Origin: Octopus sinensis
Lineage: Eukaryota
Length of the DNA: 64,000 bases
Reading direction: 5' to 3'
Assembly (NCBI RefSeq): GCF_006345805.1
Contig: NC_042997.1
Location: 176,762,001 to 176,826,000 of the forward strand
The position numbers and the translations under genes are program-made. Positions 23,770-38,369 of the stretch are shown here, piece after piece (positions within the stretch are counted from its first letter, which is position 1; each line of letters begins with the position of its first letter). The notes below the pieces were generated by a model, which searched no databases, was not told the DNA's origin, and saw nothing but the letters and a program-made list of their open reading frames with translations.

Positions 23770-24112
23770 TTTCTTTATTACCCACAAGGGGATAAACATA
23801 GAGGGGACAAACAAGGACAGACATAGATATTAAGTCGATTACATCGACTCCAGTGCGTAACTGGTACTTAATTAAGTACCAGTTACGCACTGGAGTCGAT
23901 GTAATCGACTTAATATCTATGTCTGTCCTTGTTTGTCCCCTCTATGTTTAGCCCCTTGTGGGTAATAAAGAAATAAATACTTAATTTATTGACCCCGAAA
24001 GGATGAAAGGCAAAGTCGACCTCGGCGGAATTTGAACTCAGAACGTAACGGCAGACGAAATACGGCTACGCATTTCGCCCGGCGTGCTAACGATTCTGCC
24101 AGCTCGCCGCCT
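23770..24112 (-). mobile_element. Family A SINE carrying a spacerless 102-bp-arm palindrome
   Basis: Centre between 23871 and 23872; one mismatch between arms. Confidence 0.95.
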
Positions 24113-24859
24113 TGATTCGTTATCATCACCATCACTATTATGTTTTCAACAGTTTAAGGGATGCTTCTACCATACCACTAGGCATATCTCTTTTGAAAAT
24201 ATAGGATTGTATCTGTATGCTACATCTATTTCTTTTGTTTCTGGTTCCTTGATGAACCATTGTGAACATTTTCTATTCAATTCCGGTTTCCAGTATCATT
24301 TAGCCTAACTATATGGGGACAGTGAGGGACAGCTGGCGATGGACTTTGGTACCTACCTCGATGGACTGCCGTAATTCTCATTAGAAAACACCACCGGAAG
24401 TTGTTGTTGACAAACAACAGCAGTAATTTTATTCAGCTGAATACACATCATCGATTGGTTGAAATTACCGAAATACGACAACTTTAAAACGAAATAACTT
24501 CGTAAATATAAACTTTTCTTAAAAACGCTATAAATAAGATATTTTATATGGTACATTCTACCAGTATACGAAGTTTGAAAGTGTTTAGTTACAAAAAATT
24601 ATCTAAATCTGCCGACAAAAATATTAACAGCAGCTAAAACTGGTCCTGAAACTCTGGTCTACTAGATAAGTGTTAATCTGAGGTTCTTTTTCTTTTTCTA
24701 CCAGAAGGTTTTTGATTCATTTTCCCAACTAAACGGCAAATTTCGATTCTTAAAAATTTTTTTGCGTACATCTTTTAGTATATTACCGCCTACCTGATTT
24801 ATCTAAATTCATGCCATTAGCTCACTTGAGTTATTTCTTTTAGTTCACATTTCGTGATA

Positions 24860-25820
24860 CTAAGGCCACCTATTTTGGGGAAAGGAATGTACTACCAGTC
24901 AAGTAGTCTAGTTACTACTTGACCGGTTCTTATTTTATGGATAAAAGGAAAAGTCAACCTAGGTGGGACTGAGCTCAGAACTTAAAATAGAAATGGAATT
25001 AACTGTCCTTATATTGATAAATAATAATTTTTTTTTAATTTGGACCAAACAAAGACCTGAAGTTTTAGGGAGGATGGGTAGTCAATTAAATCGATTTTTG
25101 CCGACTCCCGAGGCAAAGCTGTCCTTAGCAGAATTTGGACTCAGAATATAAAGAAACGGAACAAAAACTTCACGGAATTTTGTTCGATTCTCTAACGATC
25201 CACCAACCTTTAGCTAATTGTTACTAATTTTGGCACAAGGGCAGCAATCTTCAAATGACTCCGGTTGTTCAAATTCATGCTTTATTTTGTCGACTCCGGC
25301 AAAGTTAAGCTTAGCAGGATTTGACATCAGGTTGTAAAGAACCAGAAAAAAAGTAGCTCAAGGCTTTTTATTCGACGCTCTAAAAAATTGTTTCTTATTT
25401 TGGAACAAGGCTAGCAGTTTTGAAGAAAAGGTATCAGTCGATAGTATCGATTCCAGTACTGTTACTTATTTTATCGACCTTGAAAGGAAAAAAAGTACAT
25501 TTCTGCAGGATTTGAACCCATAATATAATGAATGGGAACTTAGCACATTGTTTCCTGACACTCAAACGAGTCTAACATCTCGCTGCCTGACGCTCTAAAT
25601 AATCCTGTATACTATAAGCAAAAGGCCTGAAGTTTTGCGACTGCAAGTTAGTCGATTTCATCGATTCCAGTGTTCAACTGGTACTTAATTTATCGAGCCC
25701 TAAAGGAGGAAAAGCAAAGTCGATTCCAGCGGTATTTGAAGTCAGAACGCAAATAGCCGGAAGAAATGTCGTTTATCATTTTGTCCGACGTGTTAACGAT
25801 TCTGCCAGTTCACAGCCTGA
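24860..25820 (-). mobile_element. Cluster of old, degenerate family A-like SINEs
   Basis: Several diverged AAAGTCGAC...GAATTTGAAC cores. Confidence 0.6.
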
Positions 25821-26899
25821 TATCTAAATTATATTAATTATATACATATGAGAGAGATGTATATAATACAATTTACTGAACCTTCAGATTTTTATATGCT
25901 AGACCACTGGTGTGAATTTGATGTCAATTAAATTAATATTCAATTTCTCACCCTCATTTTAAATTTAAATTTATAATAATTATATTTAATTTAGACACAT
26001 TCAGCAATATTTTTTTTATAAAGGGTGGGATGGAATAATAATGTACCCTCATTTTGATAAGTAATAATAAAAGAGAAACTAGAAACTTAGAATTACTATT
26101 TATATACCACTTTCTACAAATTCTTTATTTTTGCAAATGTTATGCTTTATTTTTAACGTACCAGATTATCTGTAATTTAATGACGTGTTTTTTGCGTTAT
26201 TTTAAGCGTTTAGAATACCAGACTAACGGAATTCCGGACACATTAACGGAGTATTAAGTGTTAAGTGGTTAAATGGTTTAGACAGATTAGTCTTTTAATC
26301 GATTTTACCAGCCAAATTTTTTCTTTTCTTTTCCTTTTATATGCTTCAGATACCTAAGTTAAGAAGACAGCAACTCAGACTGTCTAATAAGAATCACCTA
26401 ATTACTGGATGTTACTTGTGAAGTTTGTTTCTGTTGTCTGTTCAAGCAAATAGTTTCCATTGTTTGAGGAAAGATATTCGGCTATAAGTTATTTGTGTAG
26501 AGTCACTTTATTGAGAAATTTATTGAGACGAAACTTCAAATCTGTCTGTTCATCACATTATTTGAATCTAAATTAAAAAACTTTACTGAACTTTGTAAGT
26601 CTACTTTAAATTTTACAATTTCGCACCTACGTGCCTCTGATGTTCAATATTATTATTACTAACATACTCGTCTCGCCAAAAATGCCGACAGTTTTATTAA
26701 TGATAGAAAATGGCGTATCAACGCAGTGGAAGAAAACGTTGATAAATGTCGACAATCTAGTAATTATTATGTACATACACAAAACTGAAGCACTGGAAGA
26801 ATCAGACACGGTTGCAACGTCTCGGTTGAAAATATCGTTAGCATAATGCAGGTATGTGTACACCCAAATGAACATATACATACATGTAGGCCTATAAAC

Positions 26900-27150
26900 A
26901 CACACATATGTGTGTATATATACACACACGTATACATGTATATATACACACACGTATACATGTATATAATATATATATATATACATATACATGTATATAA
27001 TATATATATATATATACACATACATGTATATAATATATATATATATACACATACATGTATATAATATATATATACACACATACATGTATATAATATATAT
27101 ATATACACACATACATGTATATAATATATATATATATATATACACACATA
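26900..27150. repeat. ~30-bp TA-rich minisatellite (ACATACATGTATATAATATATATATATATAC)
   Basis: About 7 units read directly. Confidence 0.9.
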
Positions 27151-27891
27151 CATAGGCACACACACACGAATACATACATAAATATGGAAGTCTTCTTTCA
27201 GTTTCCATCTACCAAATCTACTCACTAGGCTTTAATCGGCCCTACGACAGGGTAGAAGACTACAGGTAACACTAAGTGTTATGGACAGGCCGTAGTTAAA
27301 CTCTTGGTTCGATAGTGATACGAGTGAGGAGTCTAATGTGGCTCTTTCATTAGCAAGCATATATATATATATAGACAAAATGAGATAACAAAGCCAAGTC
27401 TGTGAGGAGATTTCAGGACATTTATAAGGAAAAATATATAGGTATAGTCTTACAGCTGTAAGGCTGTATCTATAACTTTCTGCTAGCTCGCTTATAAATA
27501 ATAATAATAATTATATCAAAGACAATCACTAGAAACCAAACTATAATGCACAGCCAGCCGTCGCTCGCGAGCGAATAAGGCTTGTCAACATGCACCATGA
27601 TTTCACTAATTGCTTTAAGTGCTTATGTAATTGTGAACAGACGCTTCTCAGCCCATGCAGACTGGCGATTGGTACTCATTACAACTGGAGTAATGTGAAA
27701 TGAAATGCCTTGTTCAAGTATCGCCCGCATCCAGAACCTGATCCTGTGATCTTACGATCATGTACCAAATACCTTCAGGTTTCGAAATATCGAAATGTTT
27801 GGGTTGACTAAATTAAAAAAAAAATGTATAAAATTATTTATGTTTTTCTTAGCGTGATAAAAACTTTAATGTTTCTACATAATTACTTCTA

Positions 27892-28303
27892 GGATCTTTT
27901 CGGTTTGAACGACAGTTTTTTCTAGCGGTGTCATATGAAATTGTCACCCATAATTATGACCCTGGTATCGATCTATTGCATTTCTATCTGTTTTAGGGTT
28001 AGAGCTGGAGGGAAGGGTATCTTTTTCTTCACAAATGTAAATAAACCCAATCTGTTTCTTAAATAAGGGACATATTCATACGGCACAGAATGTTTTTTTT
28101 TACCTTAATGGACGTCAGTGATTGGTTGAAATTGCAGAAATTGAAGTAAAACAACAACAAATATCTTACAAACTATAGAATTTACTCAATAAAGCGAAGA
28201 GAAAAAGATGTTTTATAAACACATTCTACCAGTATACGAACTTAACAATTTTTTAGTTACCTAGAAATTATGTTAAAAACTGCCGTTCAAACCGAAAAGA
28301 TCC
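27892..28303 (+). mobile_element. MITE, TSD TACTTCTA/TTCTTCTA (7 of 8 match)
   Basis: Intact TIRs; flanks at 27884-27891 and 28304-28311. Confidence 0.9.
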
Positions 28304-29077
28304 TTCTTCTATATACCTTCACCGCCCTCTCATGTCTGTTGTTCTCTTATATCCGAAAGTAACATGTTTAATTAAAGCTTATATATAGTCTTTCTTTTGA
28401 TATCCTTTATGTCATTAATATATCAATCACCGTATTTTTCTCTTCCGTTTACTGTTAATTAATCAGTTCTATGAATATGTCACATTAATCTGACGTGACC
28501 TTTTCTTCATCATTATCTCAGCGACCAATAAAAAAAAAGAAAAAAATTACGTTAGTTCTTCAATATCTAACCTTTATTGAATAATAAAATATCTTTAAAT
28601 TAATTCTCAACCTTCTCTTTTATTATCAACTACACACTCCGTTGACTGGTGACAGTATTGCTAAAACAGTGCGGATTGAAAATCAAACGAACCAAAAAGC
28701 AAAAACGAAAAGCCTGGCAAAAGCAGAAAATAAATTCATGGCATTGCAACACGTGAGGATGGATGAGAGGACAACGATGCAATCAGCGCATCATCATAGT
28801 ATTAAGATACTTTATTCAGTTATAGTTATGAAGTGTGATGTATGAGGAAAGGTCAAGATTGTTTTAACTGCAGTTTTTGAGTGAAGGAATGTCGAGATAG
28901 GAAATTTATTTCAGAAAGAGAGATATAGGGGGAGGAAGAGTGTGTGTGTGCGTGTTTGGAAGAATGGGAGTGCACATCAAAGATCGGAGAAGTGAAATGT
29001 TGATTAATTCCTGAGATCATTGTCAAATGAAATGAATATTGTGAACGAAACGCTAAAACTGAACAGAAAAGGAAAAC

Positions 29078-29108
<31 letters not shown>

Positions 29109-31244
29109 AAATACCATCAGTACTGATCTAAAGCATACGATATTTCGATACGTAACGTAGGCGTTTAGAGGAGCAAAGAATATTTTTGAAGAGGACATTT
29201 CCAGTTCTAATATTTGAATTTGTGGCGAATGCAGAGGTGCAGCATGTGTGAAGGGGTGCAAAATTTACCTGGGCATCAAGTTTATTATTGCCCCCGCTTA
29301 TTAAGAATCCTTGCTATGCTCTTGGTCGAATGTATATTAACAAGGCAGAATGGCAAAGTATGCGATGAGCTTGCTGAATTCACGACATTTTCGATTCCTG
29401 GTTACTCTTGTTTAATCATGTTTTCTAGTTTAAATACAATGAAAATGAGCATAAACGTTATAATCTGATTGATTTTGCCTTTTAGCACCTCAACATCGAT
29501 ATCAATGATATACTTAATTCTATGATAAATGTGGGCCAAATTGCCTCTTTTGCCTGTCCCTTCACACCTACATTAGAATGAGATAAGTTAAAATAAGCCT
29601 ATTTTGGGAAAAATGCATTTCTTTTTAAAAAGTATACCCAGAAAGATAGTTCAAATATGGAATTACTTTTAAGGTAGCAGGATTTAAATATATTGTTTGA
29701 GAAGATATGTTGTGTTGCACTCAAATTGGTGTTTAGAGAGAAATTATATTTCTTTTCTTTATTTAAGATGTAAGAAGAGGTATGGGCAACCTTTAACGAG
29801 AAGCGAGCAGCAGAAGACATGGTTCATCATCAAACAAAAAACAAAAAAATACAGGTAATTTTTCGTTAGACATGTCATACAGAAAGTCCAGCAGGCCACA
29901 GGTTTCTCATGATTGTGCTAGGGTGTACAATCGAGTTTCTTATAACAAGGTCTATATCTCACGGGAAAAGAAAAGGGTAATTTATTTTCCTTTATTTTTT
30001 TTAGCCTTCTTGTGTTTCATACTAGAGAAAATTATGATCCTGATAGAATTTAATTTTCAAACACTTCAGGTTTATTTTTTTACATTTCCATATTTTCCTT
30101 TCCAATAAAGTAAATGATTTCAAATTCGAAACTTCGCCGGGTATATTTTGAGAGAGATTTGGTTGTTATTTCTAGAGAAATATGTGATTTAATAAAAAAA
30201 ATATACTAAGATGTATTTACGAGAAAAAGTAGATAATATATTTTTAAAGGAGAGCTATAAATGCTAGAATCGATTAGGTGAGAAGCGAACAAAATGCTTT
30301 GCATATTTGATTATGTCTCTTCATGACTTTACTTCAAATCACGCCCTTCTGGGTTTCGATCAGAAAAGCTCAGGGTTTGAAATAATTTAATAAATCCATC
30401 CACTAATATGCGTGCTTGTGTTAAAAATTAATATATTTCAGTGATAAACATTTTTCGCACTGTCAGTATAGCAAATCTTAGATATTTAACTAAACGTAAC
30501 ACGTTTGCAGTATGATTCTCAGCTTACATAGACAGTTATTGTAAATGTTTGACTAGAATAAGTTAACGAGTTGATTACGAAACCACTTTGTGCAAATATT
30601 ACAGATGTGATATTCAGTCACCAAGTAAATTATGAAACTTGAATAATACCATAAATACACAGCCTGATATTAATATTTTCAATTCTACGTGTAAGATGTC
30701 GAATTTTCATGAGAGATCTCATACCAAGGATGACAGAAAGTATTAGCAACTGGAGTTAAAAATTATGACAGGAAGCATTAACACTTGAATTTAAACGAAA
30801 TTTCTGGAAAGTAACCTCGAATATGTCGCCTCTTAGTTGCTGAGATTAAATCGTTCATAATTATTTGCGACAATCCCTCACCTAATTCAGAATTTTAAAA
30901 CACTAGTACAATAGATAGCTGTTCTTTGCGAAGCAAATCAATTTTGTCAATGCGTAAAACTTAATAATCTGGAGAAATCAGTGGTGGAAAATACAAAGAT
31001 TAAAGTCTGCAGTATCAATTAACAATGACTGGCAAATATTCATTGCTGGTTTTACACGCAACGCTGCCAACAGCAAAGAACACACCGAAGACCGGAAATT
31101 TAATTTTACAAATTAACGTATAATTTTCATTTCAAAAAGGACAAGAATTGGAAAATCATGAATTTTAGAGGTAATGAAAGAAAAAAAAAATAATATCTTC
31201 AGGGCAAATCAGGCTTTCAGAGTATCATTAAAGTATTATTTTCT

Positions 31245-31625
31245 ATCTTTCACCTGTTTTGATCATTGAACTGCGGCCATGCTGGAGCACCGCCTTGACG
31301 TATTTAGTCGAACAACTCGACTCCAGTACTTATTTTATAAGTTTGGTACTTATTCTATCGGTCTCTTTTGCCGAAACGGTAAGTTACGGGGATCGTAAAC
31401 AAACCAACATCGTTTAAGTGTTTGCTGGGGACAAATACAAGCACGCACACACGTATATGATGGGTTTCCTCATAATTTCCGACGACCAAATTCTTCACAA
31501 GGTCTTGGCCAACCCGGAGGTATAGTAGAAGACACTTGCCCAAGGTGCAGGGCAGTGGGACAGAACCCAAAACCATTGGTCGCATTGTGAGCTTCTTAAC
31601 CATACAGTCAAACAAGCATGCAAGT
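31245..31625 (-). mobile_element. Family B SINE, diverged
   Basis: GCGGCCATGCTGGAGCACCGCC; TACTTATTCTATCGGTCTCTTTTGCCGAA. Confidence 0.8.
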
Positions 31626-32069
31626 TTATGATTTATACCCAACTAAACCACTTGCAAGCGAGTATGATTTGGTAGCATGTATCATGCTTTCTCCAATTAC
31701 TGTAGATACCTATGTAGTAGCAAGTGAACACTGACAGCCACTCTGTTCTCCTACTTTTAATCCTGTGGAACAACATCCGGAATCTAACATCTGGAGGGGA
31801 GACATGGCTTCACTCGCATTAGCTGGTATTCATTTCAGCAGGGTAGGCTCGAGAAAATGTGAAATGTAGTGTATTTCTCGAGGACACAACACACCACTCA
31901 GTCTAAGAACCGAACCCATGGTCTTATGATCACGAACCGAACACTGTAACAAGTAGACCGCTAGTTTTTACAAGTTCATGACTATATGTTACAAAATGCT
32001 ACCATTTTGTAACATTTTGCATGATGAACAAATTTTGGAGGGCAATACTTCAGCTTAGAAAAGGAAAAC

Positions 32070-32420
32070 AACCTAATGAGTACAAGGTAATACTGCTCCC
32101 AAAACTGTTCTACATTAGTGAAATGTGGACCTTATACTAGTGTCATAAACTCTTCTCCCGCAAACTGCCCAAGAAAAATCCTCAGTTCGAGAGGCAGAAC
32201 AGAATTCCAGACTTTGAAGTATTATAGTGGTCAGTCTGAGCTACAATGGGTGGTGAACGTAGCTCGAATGCCAAACCACCAACTGTCATTTATTGGTATG
32301 CCGCTCAGAGGGAAGTCTTGTAATCTCAGCTACTTAAACGTCTCATAAACAGGATCATTTCCAGTGTCATGAGCTTGTTGGCTCCAAGCATGAAGAAAAT
32401 ACGAGACTATGTTTTTGGCA
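32070..32420 (+). pseudogene. RTE-clade LINE 3' fragment
   Basis: YKVILLPKLFYISEMWTLY and QSELQWVVNVARMPNHQL match the RTE LLYGSETWTL and QLRWVGHVARMPD motifs. Confidence 0.7.
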
Positions 32421-34009
32421 TTGCTCCAAAATAATTTTTGATTTCTATCTACCGAAGAATCACGATTTCGACAAAGTTGGTTCTCATTCATGTACAGTTA
32501 GAACCTAACTCTCTCTAACCTGACAATTCATATAGTAGCAAGTATCCAGAATATCATCTGTTGCTGATGTAAATTTAACAATTAGTGAGCGAGGGAAATT
32601 AAATAGCATACCATCAAGTATATGAATGAAGTAATATTATTGGTCGAAATCACTGTTTCAATTGTTAGATTACATGGATACTATATTCTCATAGATGTCA
32701 TAGAACCAGAACTACGCAAAAATAATACTGTATATACAAGTGAAAATACGATTATGAGGTGGCTTTTCCAGTCTATATATTTATTAAGAAAATAAAGCCT
32801 CCTCTGTTTTAGATACGATATAAAAAGTGTGATAGTCATACCTTTTCCAATGACTTTAACTGAACCTCTTACACGCTCGTTCGACCTGTTAGAAACATCA
32901 TCCAAATTTCGCTCAAATCCGCACTTTATCCTCTTATACAAGAGAAGAAAACATTGGGTAATCTATTCCAGAGTAAAAGGGGTTAGCATGCCGCGAAAGC
33001 TTTTAATCACAGGGTTGCTCAATCAGGGCTGGCTTAGAGCTAAACATTTCAGCGGCGTACTGAAACACGCATTCTCAGTTGGTCGTGATTTTATATTGCA
33101 CTCATCAAAAAGAAAGGTAAATAGAAATTTCCTTTTCTAAACTGATTGTGTCTGTTGTGAAGTTAATGATAGGCTTTCTGTTTTCTATTATGGACTTTAC
33201 TGTGTAGAAAATAATAATATATAAGTACCAAGGGTTTGTTGCAGTATGTGAAAGCTGGAAATAGTAATTAGGACTATTATTTTAGAATGAAATATATTCG
33301 AAGAATATAGTTATAGAGCGACTTGCTTAAAATACAAGAACAATTTAATATTTTTTTTGGTTTTAATACTATGATAGGGTGAAAGCTTTAGTTAAAAATT
33401 ACATTTCTTATGCAGGCAATAAAACTTTATACAAATGTTTAGTATTTTTACCTTATCCGTACAGCAATCAACACAACTGATAACTTGCATTTCTTCCTGG
33501 TAATAAATATTACTTTTTATCTGGAAGTTTCTAGTGGTAATTTTTCTTCTGTCTAGACAAAAGAAATCAATAGCATCAATGTTATTCGTGTTTTATGTCA
33601 ATGAGTCGGATCTCCAAACATTGAATCATGATGTTCACACTTTGTTATAAATACATTGCAGCAATTTTTATTGATGCTTGACGATACCCATCGCTAAAAT
33701 TATTACGAAATTGTCTCGAATTTCTTTTCGACAGAATTTCTGATGGCTCTGTTAATTCCAGTGGGAGTTTCAGAAAATTCAATTTTAAGTTAGCCTTTAC
33801 AGGTTACAGTGAATTTCAGATAAAATCTTGAGACCGATTAATTCCAGTACTTTTTAAAACTTATAATATGGTTTCAGGAATTCGATATGATTTGAAAAAC
33901 TTCATTCACGTTTCGTTTTCGATATAACGATGCCTATACATATCACATATCAAATAAATAGAAAGTTTGTTGGAGTATAAATTAAAATCAGTTGCACCAG
34001 TTTCAAAGC

Positions 34010-34205
34010 CGTTCAAGAATTTGGACCTGGAGATCTCCATTTCCAGCGACTTCGAGGGCAACCTCCCAGTGGTGTCGGGCGTCAACGAAGAGCCCTCGAC
34101 TACAAGACGACCAAATTTTTTTTTCCAAGGTCTGGGGTTTCCCGCTCCTAAGCCCTAGACCATCACCTAATCACCCTTACCCGTCTTGTTGCTTAACAAC
34201 AACAA
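34010..34205 (+). repeat. ~200-bp dispersed repeat, copy 2, with HDV-ribozyme-like core
   Basis: Homologous to 13700-13900. Confidence 0.85.
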
Positions 34206-37200
34206 CCAGTTTCAAAGATGACGAAATTCCACATTATAAGCATCGATTTAAAAGAGGCCTTCTGGCAGGACTCGAACCACTTTAGCTATTATTTATGGTA
34301 GTTAAAAACTCGTAACATCTCCCCTGTGACTTATTTCTGTGATTTCTTTTTCCAGGGACTATCTTCGTCCAACTAAAAAGTATCCTCGTTCGTACCCCTT
34401 TCAAATATTCTAATAAACATTCAATGATTGTAAAAACAGCATTTGTAGTCGTTTCTATCTCTTAATATTGTCATATAGAAACAATTATATATATATCTGC
34501 AGCTTAAAACAACAACAATTTAGAAATATCTGTTTACCCCAGCGTTCCTTGAAGTCATGTTTTGTTTTCTTTATTATCTCTGTTACTTGCTATATGGAAC
34601 AGTACAAATCCCCAAAATTGCACAACGCTTATAATCTTATCCCAGGACGGTAGATGGTAGAAACGTTAGCACTTGGTTATGCTTCTGTATGTTATTGGTT
34701 CAAATTATACCCGGGCTGTCTTTGCTTTTCATCCTTCACAGATCAATAAAATACATAATTGATTTATATCGGGTAGACATTTCCAAAAGCAAACTAAAGA
34801 CTGACGAACTACCAAATGAAAAACTATTCCCACTCATTGTAAAAATTGTGGCTTTGTATAAAAATATATAAAAATAAAAATAAGCGGAAATATATACAAA
34901 TTCACATATCTCAGCAACTGTTTATCATCCATGGAGCTACATATCGTTTTTAATCAACATGACAAACATTTATCATGCAGAAGGCGCCTGAGAATTGTTT
35001 AACTTTCAAGCAGTTATTTCTTTTACGCAAACGGATGTATAAGAACTGGGGTCGATATAATCGACTATAACGGTATCTGTCCCACTTCAATGACCATTAC
35101 AAGAATAAATTCTTGTACTACTATTACGACTAGCACAGCCCCATTGTTACGTAAAGTAACTACAATCACTATACAACTACGGTTACTATATTTCCCAATT
35201 ACTCGATAGTTGAGGTTTTATAGACTTTTTACATTGTATAGCCAGATAGTCTAATCACGAACAGACAGACAGTTAGCCAGTCAGTTCTATTACGGTTTTA
35301 TTAATATATTCAAAAAAGCAGTAGGTTTTAAGATTTCATTAATGCAAAGCGATATTGCGTTGTTGATGTCTGATCTGAATTACACAAGTCACATTATCAA
35401 TGTTACAGTATAAATTTTACATTAGAAACAACATACACACATGTTATTTATGATTTTGATTACTCACATTCCTCATATGGTCAATGAGGTTAAATATGCC
35501 TGACTTGTATCATTAAAAGCAAATGCAATATTGAATTCGTAATGAGTCAAAAGTGTTAAAGTTCTTTCAAAAAATACTACTCAACCAAGACTAGTGTTAG
35601 GAAAACAAGCAAACAAACAAACTAAAAAACCCATTTATTTTATAATAAAAAATATCATATCATTTCAAAAGGAATTTTTAAATCCCCGTACTTCACCTCG
35701 TACATATTCCAAATAAATATAAAAATATAAGAAAGTTATCAGTTTGTTTGTAATTTAATATGGAAAATGTCTAAATTTTCTTTTCTTTTCATTTTTTTTC
35801 TTTTAGCTTAATGATGGATTGATAGAGTAATTACAAAACCATTATCTGATCGTATCAAAAGTGATACAATTCCATTAATCGAACAACACAGAATCCAACC
35901 TTTGGAAGCATAATAACCCTGGTGCTTAGTATTTCTATCTTTTACGTTATCTCCGGGGAGCCGAGGAAGACGATACTTTGTCTGTTTATAGCATTGTTTT
36001 GCACAGAATCTATTTTTTTCAAGACCTGGTGAAATGTTACTGACAACCTGTAGAATTTCAGCTAGCCAAGATCGAAGGTCTATGTCTCGCCTCGCACTGT
36101 GTTCTGTTAATGATACTTTCAATAGACCAACAAGCCAGATTTGGAAATGTATCTCGTCAACAAGGGAACTATACGTATCCATTCGGTTTGCAAGAAATAG
36201 CAGTCAGATTTGCTCAGATCAAATCCTTCCATCTTAAAAAAAGGCCACATTGTTAATACAGAACTACATACTCTATATCTGAAAACAGGTGGGATTGTTA
36301 TAGCTGAAATACCTTCGATCATTGGTTTCCTCACTCATTGTCAGTAAGGGCTTAACAACAACGATAATAACAGTAATAATGTGTATCACAACAAGAGAGC
36401 CTCTCCGTGGTTCCGCGACATGTTAGAAATAGCAGCAAAATCCATTAAATCACACCCTATTACCTACAAAAGAGAAGGACATATTGAGTAATGTAATCCT
36501 GTATACTATGTCTGAAAAAGAAAAAAAAGACTTGATGGTCAGTAGACTAGAGTTGACTTGTGTCTCCAGTGAATCGCTGTACGCAGTAGAGGCATTGTAA
36601 AAATGACAGGTGTTTGGCCAGTATGTAGTAACTCTCATAGACCTTAAATAAACAAGTTACTAGAAGGCGTTATTCTCTATGACATTACATAAAGCAAATT
36701 ACACATTAATACAAGTCATTTATATCAGCTGTCTAACGATTCCTGAGTTCATCAGCTCTACTGAATTTGTGATACAACGATTAAAGCAAGTCCGAAAGGA
36801 GAAGTCATGTAACTGAATGTTAATTAAAATATGATGACTTGCCAATACATCATTGAGAAAGTGAGAAAGAGTAAAAGAAAAGGAGTCTGATCGCCACCAT
36901 CCTTTGTCTTAAATACGGTAACTACACGAGGGAAATGATGCATTAGTAAAAATGCTCATCCTAATATTAAGAAGCAGTAAAAAGTTTTTTGTCAGTACTG
37001 CTTATTCATAGATACACGAGAAAGCTTCCTAAAGAGCGACTGTCTTTACCAAAGTTTATAAAGAATAGGTGAGATACTGAGAAGTTTCCGTAACTGAGAC
37101 CTATTGAATTTAAATACTTCATCTTATTTCACGAAGACATTTTTCGAATCAAATTCAACACCTTAAATAACGAATCCCCAAATAAAAATCACACACACAC

Positions 37201-38369
37201 TGCAAAATTTGTGGCTTTATGCAAAAGAAAAAAAGAAAACTCTTCTGAAAGCTCAAAATCTCAAACAGAAATATATACTAAATCCAGTATCTCAGCAACT
37301 GTATTTCGTCTATGGAACTGCGTTTAACTCACAACACACGATAAATGCCCGCCAGTAACAACACATTTCTTCAGACTTTTTATGTGATTTCTTCTAATTT
37401 GAAAAGGGGAATCTTTCCCGAAATATAGGATCACTAAATAACCTATGTAAGGTAATACAATATTTTTTCTCTTTGTTTTCATTTATTAACATCATATTAC
37501 ATATTTTGTCTAATTTCTCGCCAGTATTGCTCAAGTTTTGTTTCAAACATTTATAGCAACTTAACTATCATTTATCATGCGCATGGTACTTGAGAAGTGT
37601 TCATATGTAAGCACTTATGTCTGTACGTTAACAAATATAGGGAGATGTACTTGCATAGCAAGTAACCTGATCTGAGATCGTGTGCTGGAACGAAAACAAA
37701 TATAATTGTTAACAAATATAATTATTTAGTAATTCAGTCGCTAACACTTCGGCAGCTTCGGCTATATCATAGTTGTATTAATGAATTCAAATAAGGGGGA
37801 AACGTCCGAAGTAATTTTCCGTATTTGTTGATAAAAACAAAAACAAAAAAACAAAACAAAAAGAACATTAGTCCATGATAAATATCTTATTTTTGCTGCA
37901 TTTTTGATATTACTACAGTTTTTATAATGTGCCAACCATTAAAAATATTTTATCCCACTTCATTAGCACCATTAAAAACACTCTATTATCATGTATACAT
38001 ACCCTGCTTATCACTTCTGATCAGTTTTCCAATCGATATATTGGGTTGGATAATAGATTTACTGATCTATAACAATTATCCAGGCATTTCCTTTTAACAA
38101 TATAAAAGTGAAGAATCTGCAGTTCTAGGACGTTAACAAGATTGTTGAGTTGATGGGGCTATAAAATAGTGATGATAATTAGACCTTATCAAAATTGGAA
38201 CCCATCTGGAAGCTTCTACGTAGTCGCTCGAGCTGTTCAATCCAGTCCCTAAAAATTCTGGTAGCTTCTACGTAGCTCGAGCTGTTCAGTTCAGTTCCTA
38301 AAAATAGGTGTCACATATTTCGAGCCTAAAATCTTAGGAAAGTCGAACTGTAATTATTTCTGATTTAGG

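Larger units (their letters stand above)
21690..24310 (-). pseudogene. Old R4/Dong-type LINE ORF (RT region to post-RT), fragmented by nested MITEs and a SINE
   Basis: Minus-strand remnants WFIKEPET (~24260), ERIRNDYYKRIKLL...AKDKVK (~22650) and LHNQYPIR/EKSQRWLK (~21750) resemble motifs I recall from the R4 clade. Confidence 0.55.

Noticed and set aside
29219-29280. CGECRGAACVKGC, resembling a CXC-type motif
   Set aside because: Preceded by an in-frame stop, too short, and without supporting context.
35780-36240. Strong polypyrimidine-AG at ~35806 and overlapping ORFs
   Set aside because: All three plus frames stop within ~8 codons of the acceptor; no recognisable protein motif in the 124-aa minus ORF.
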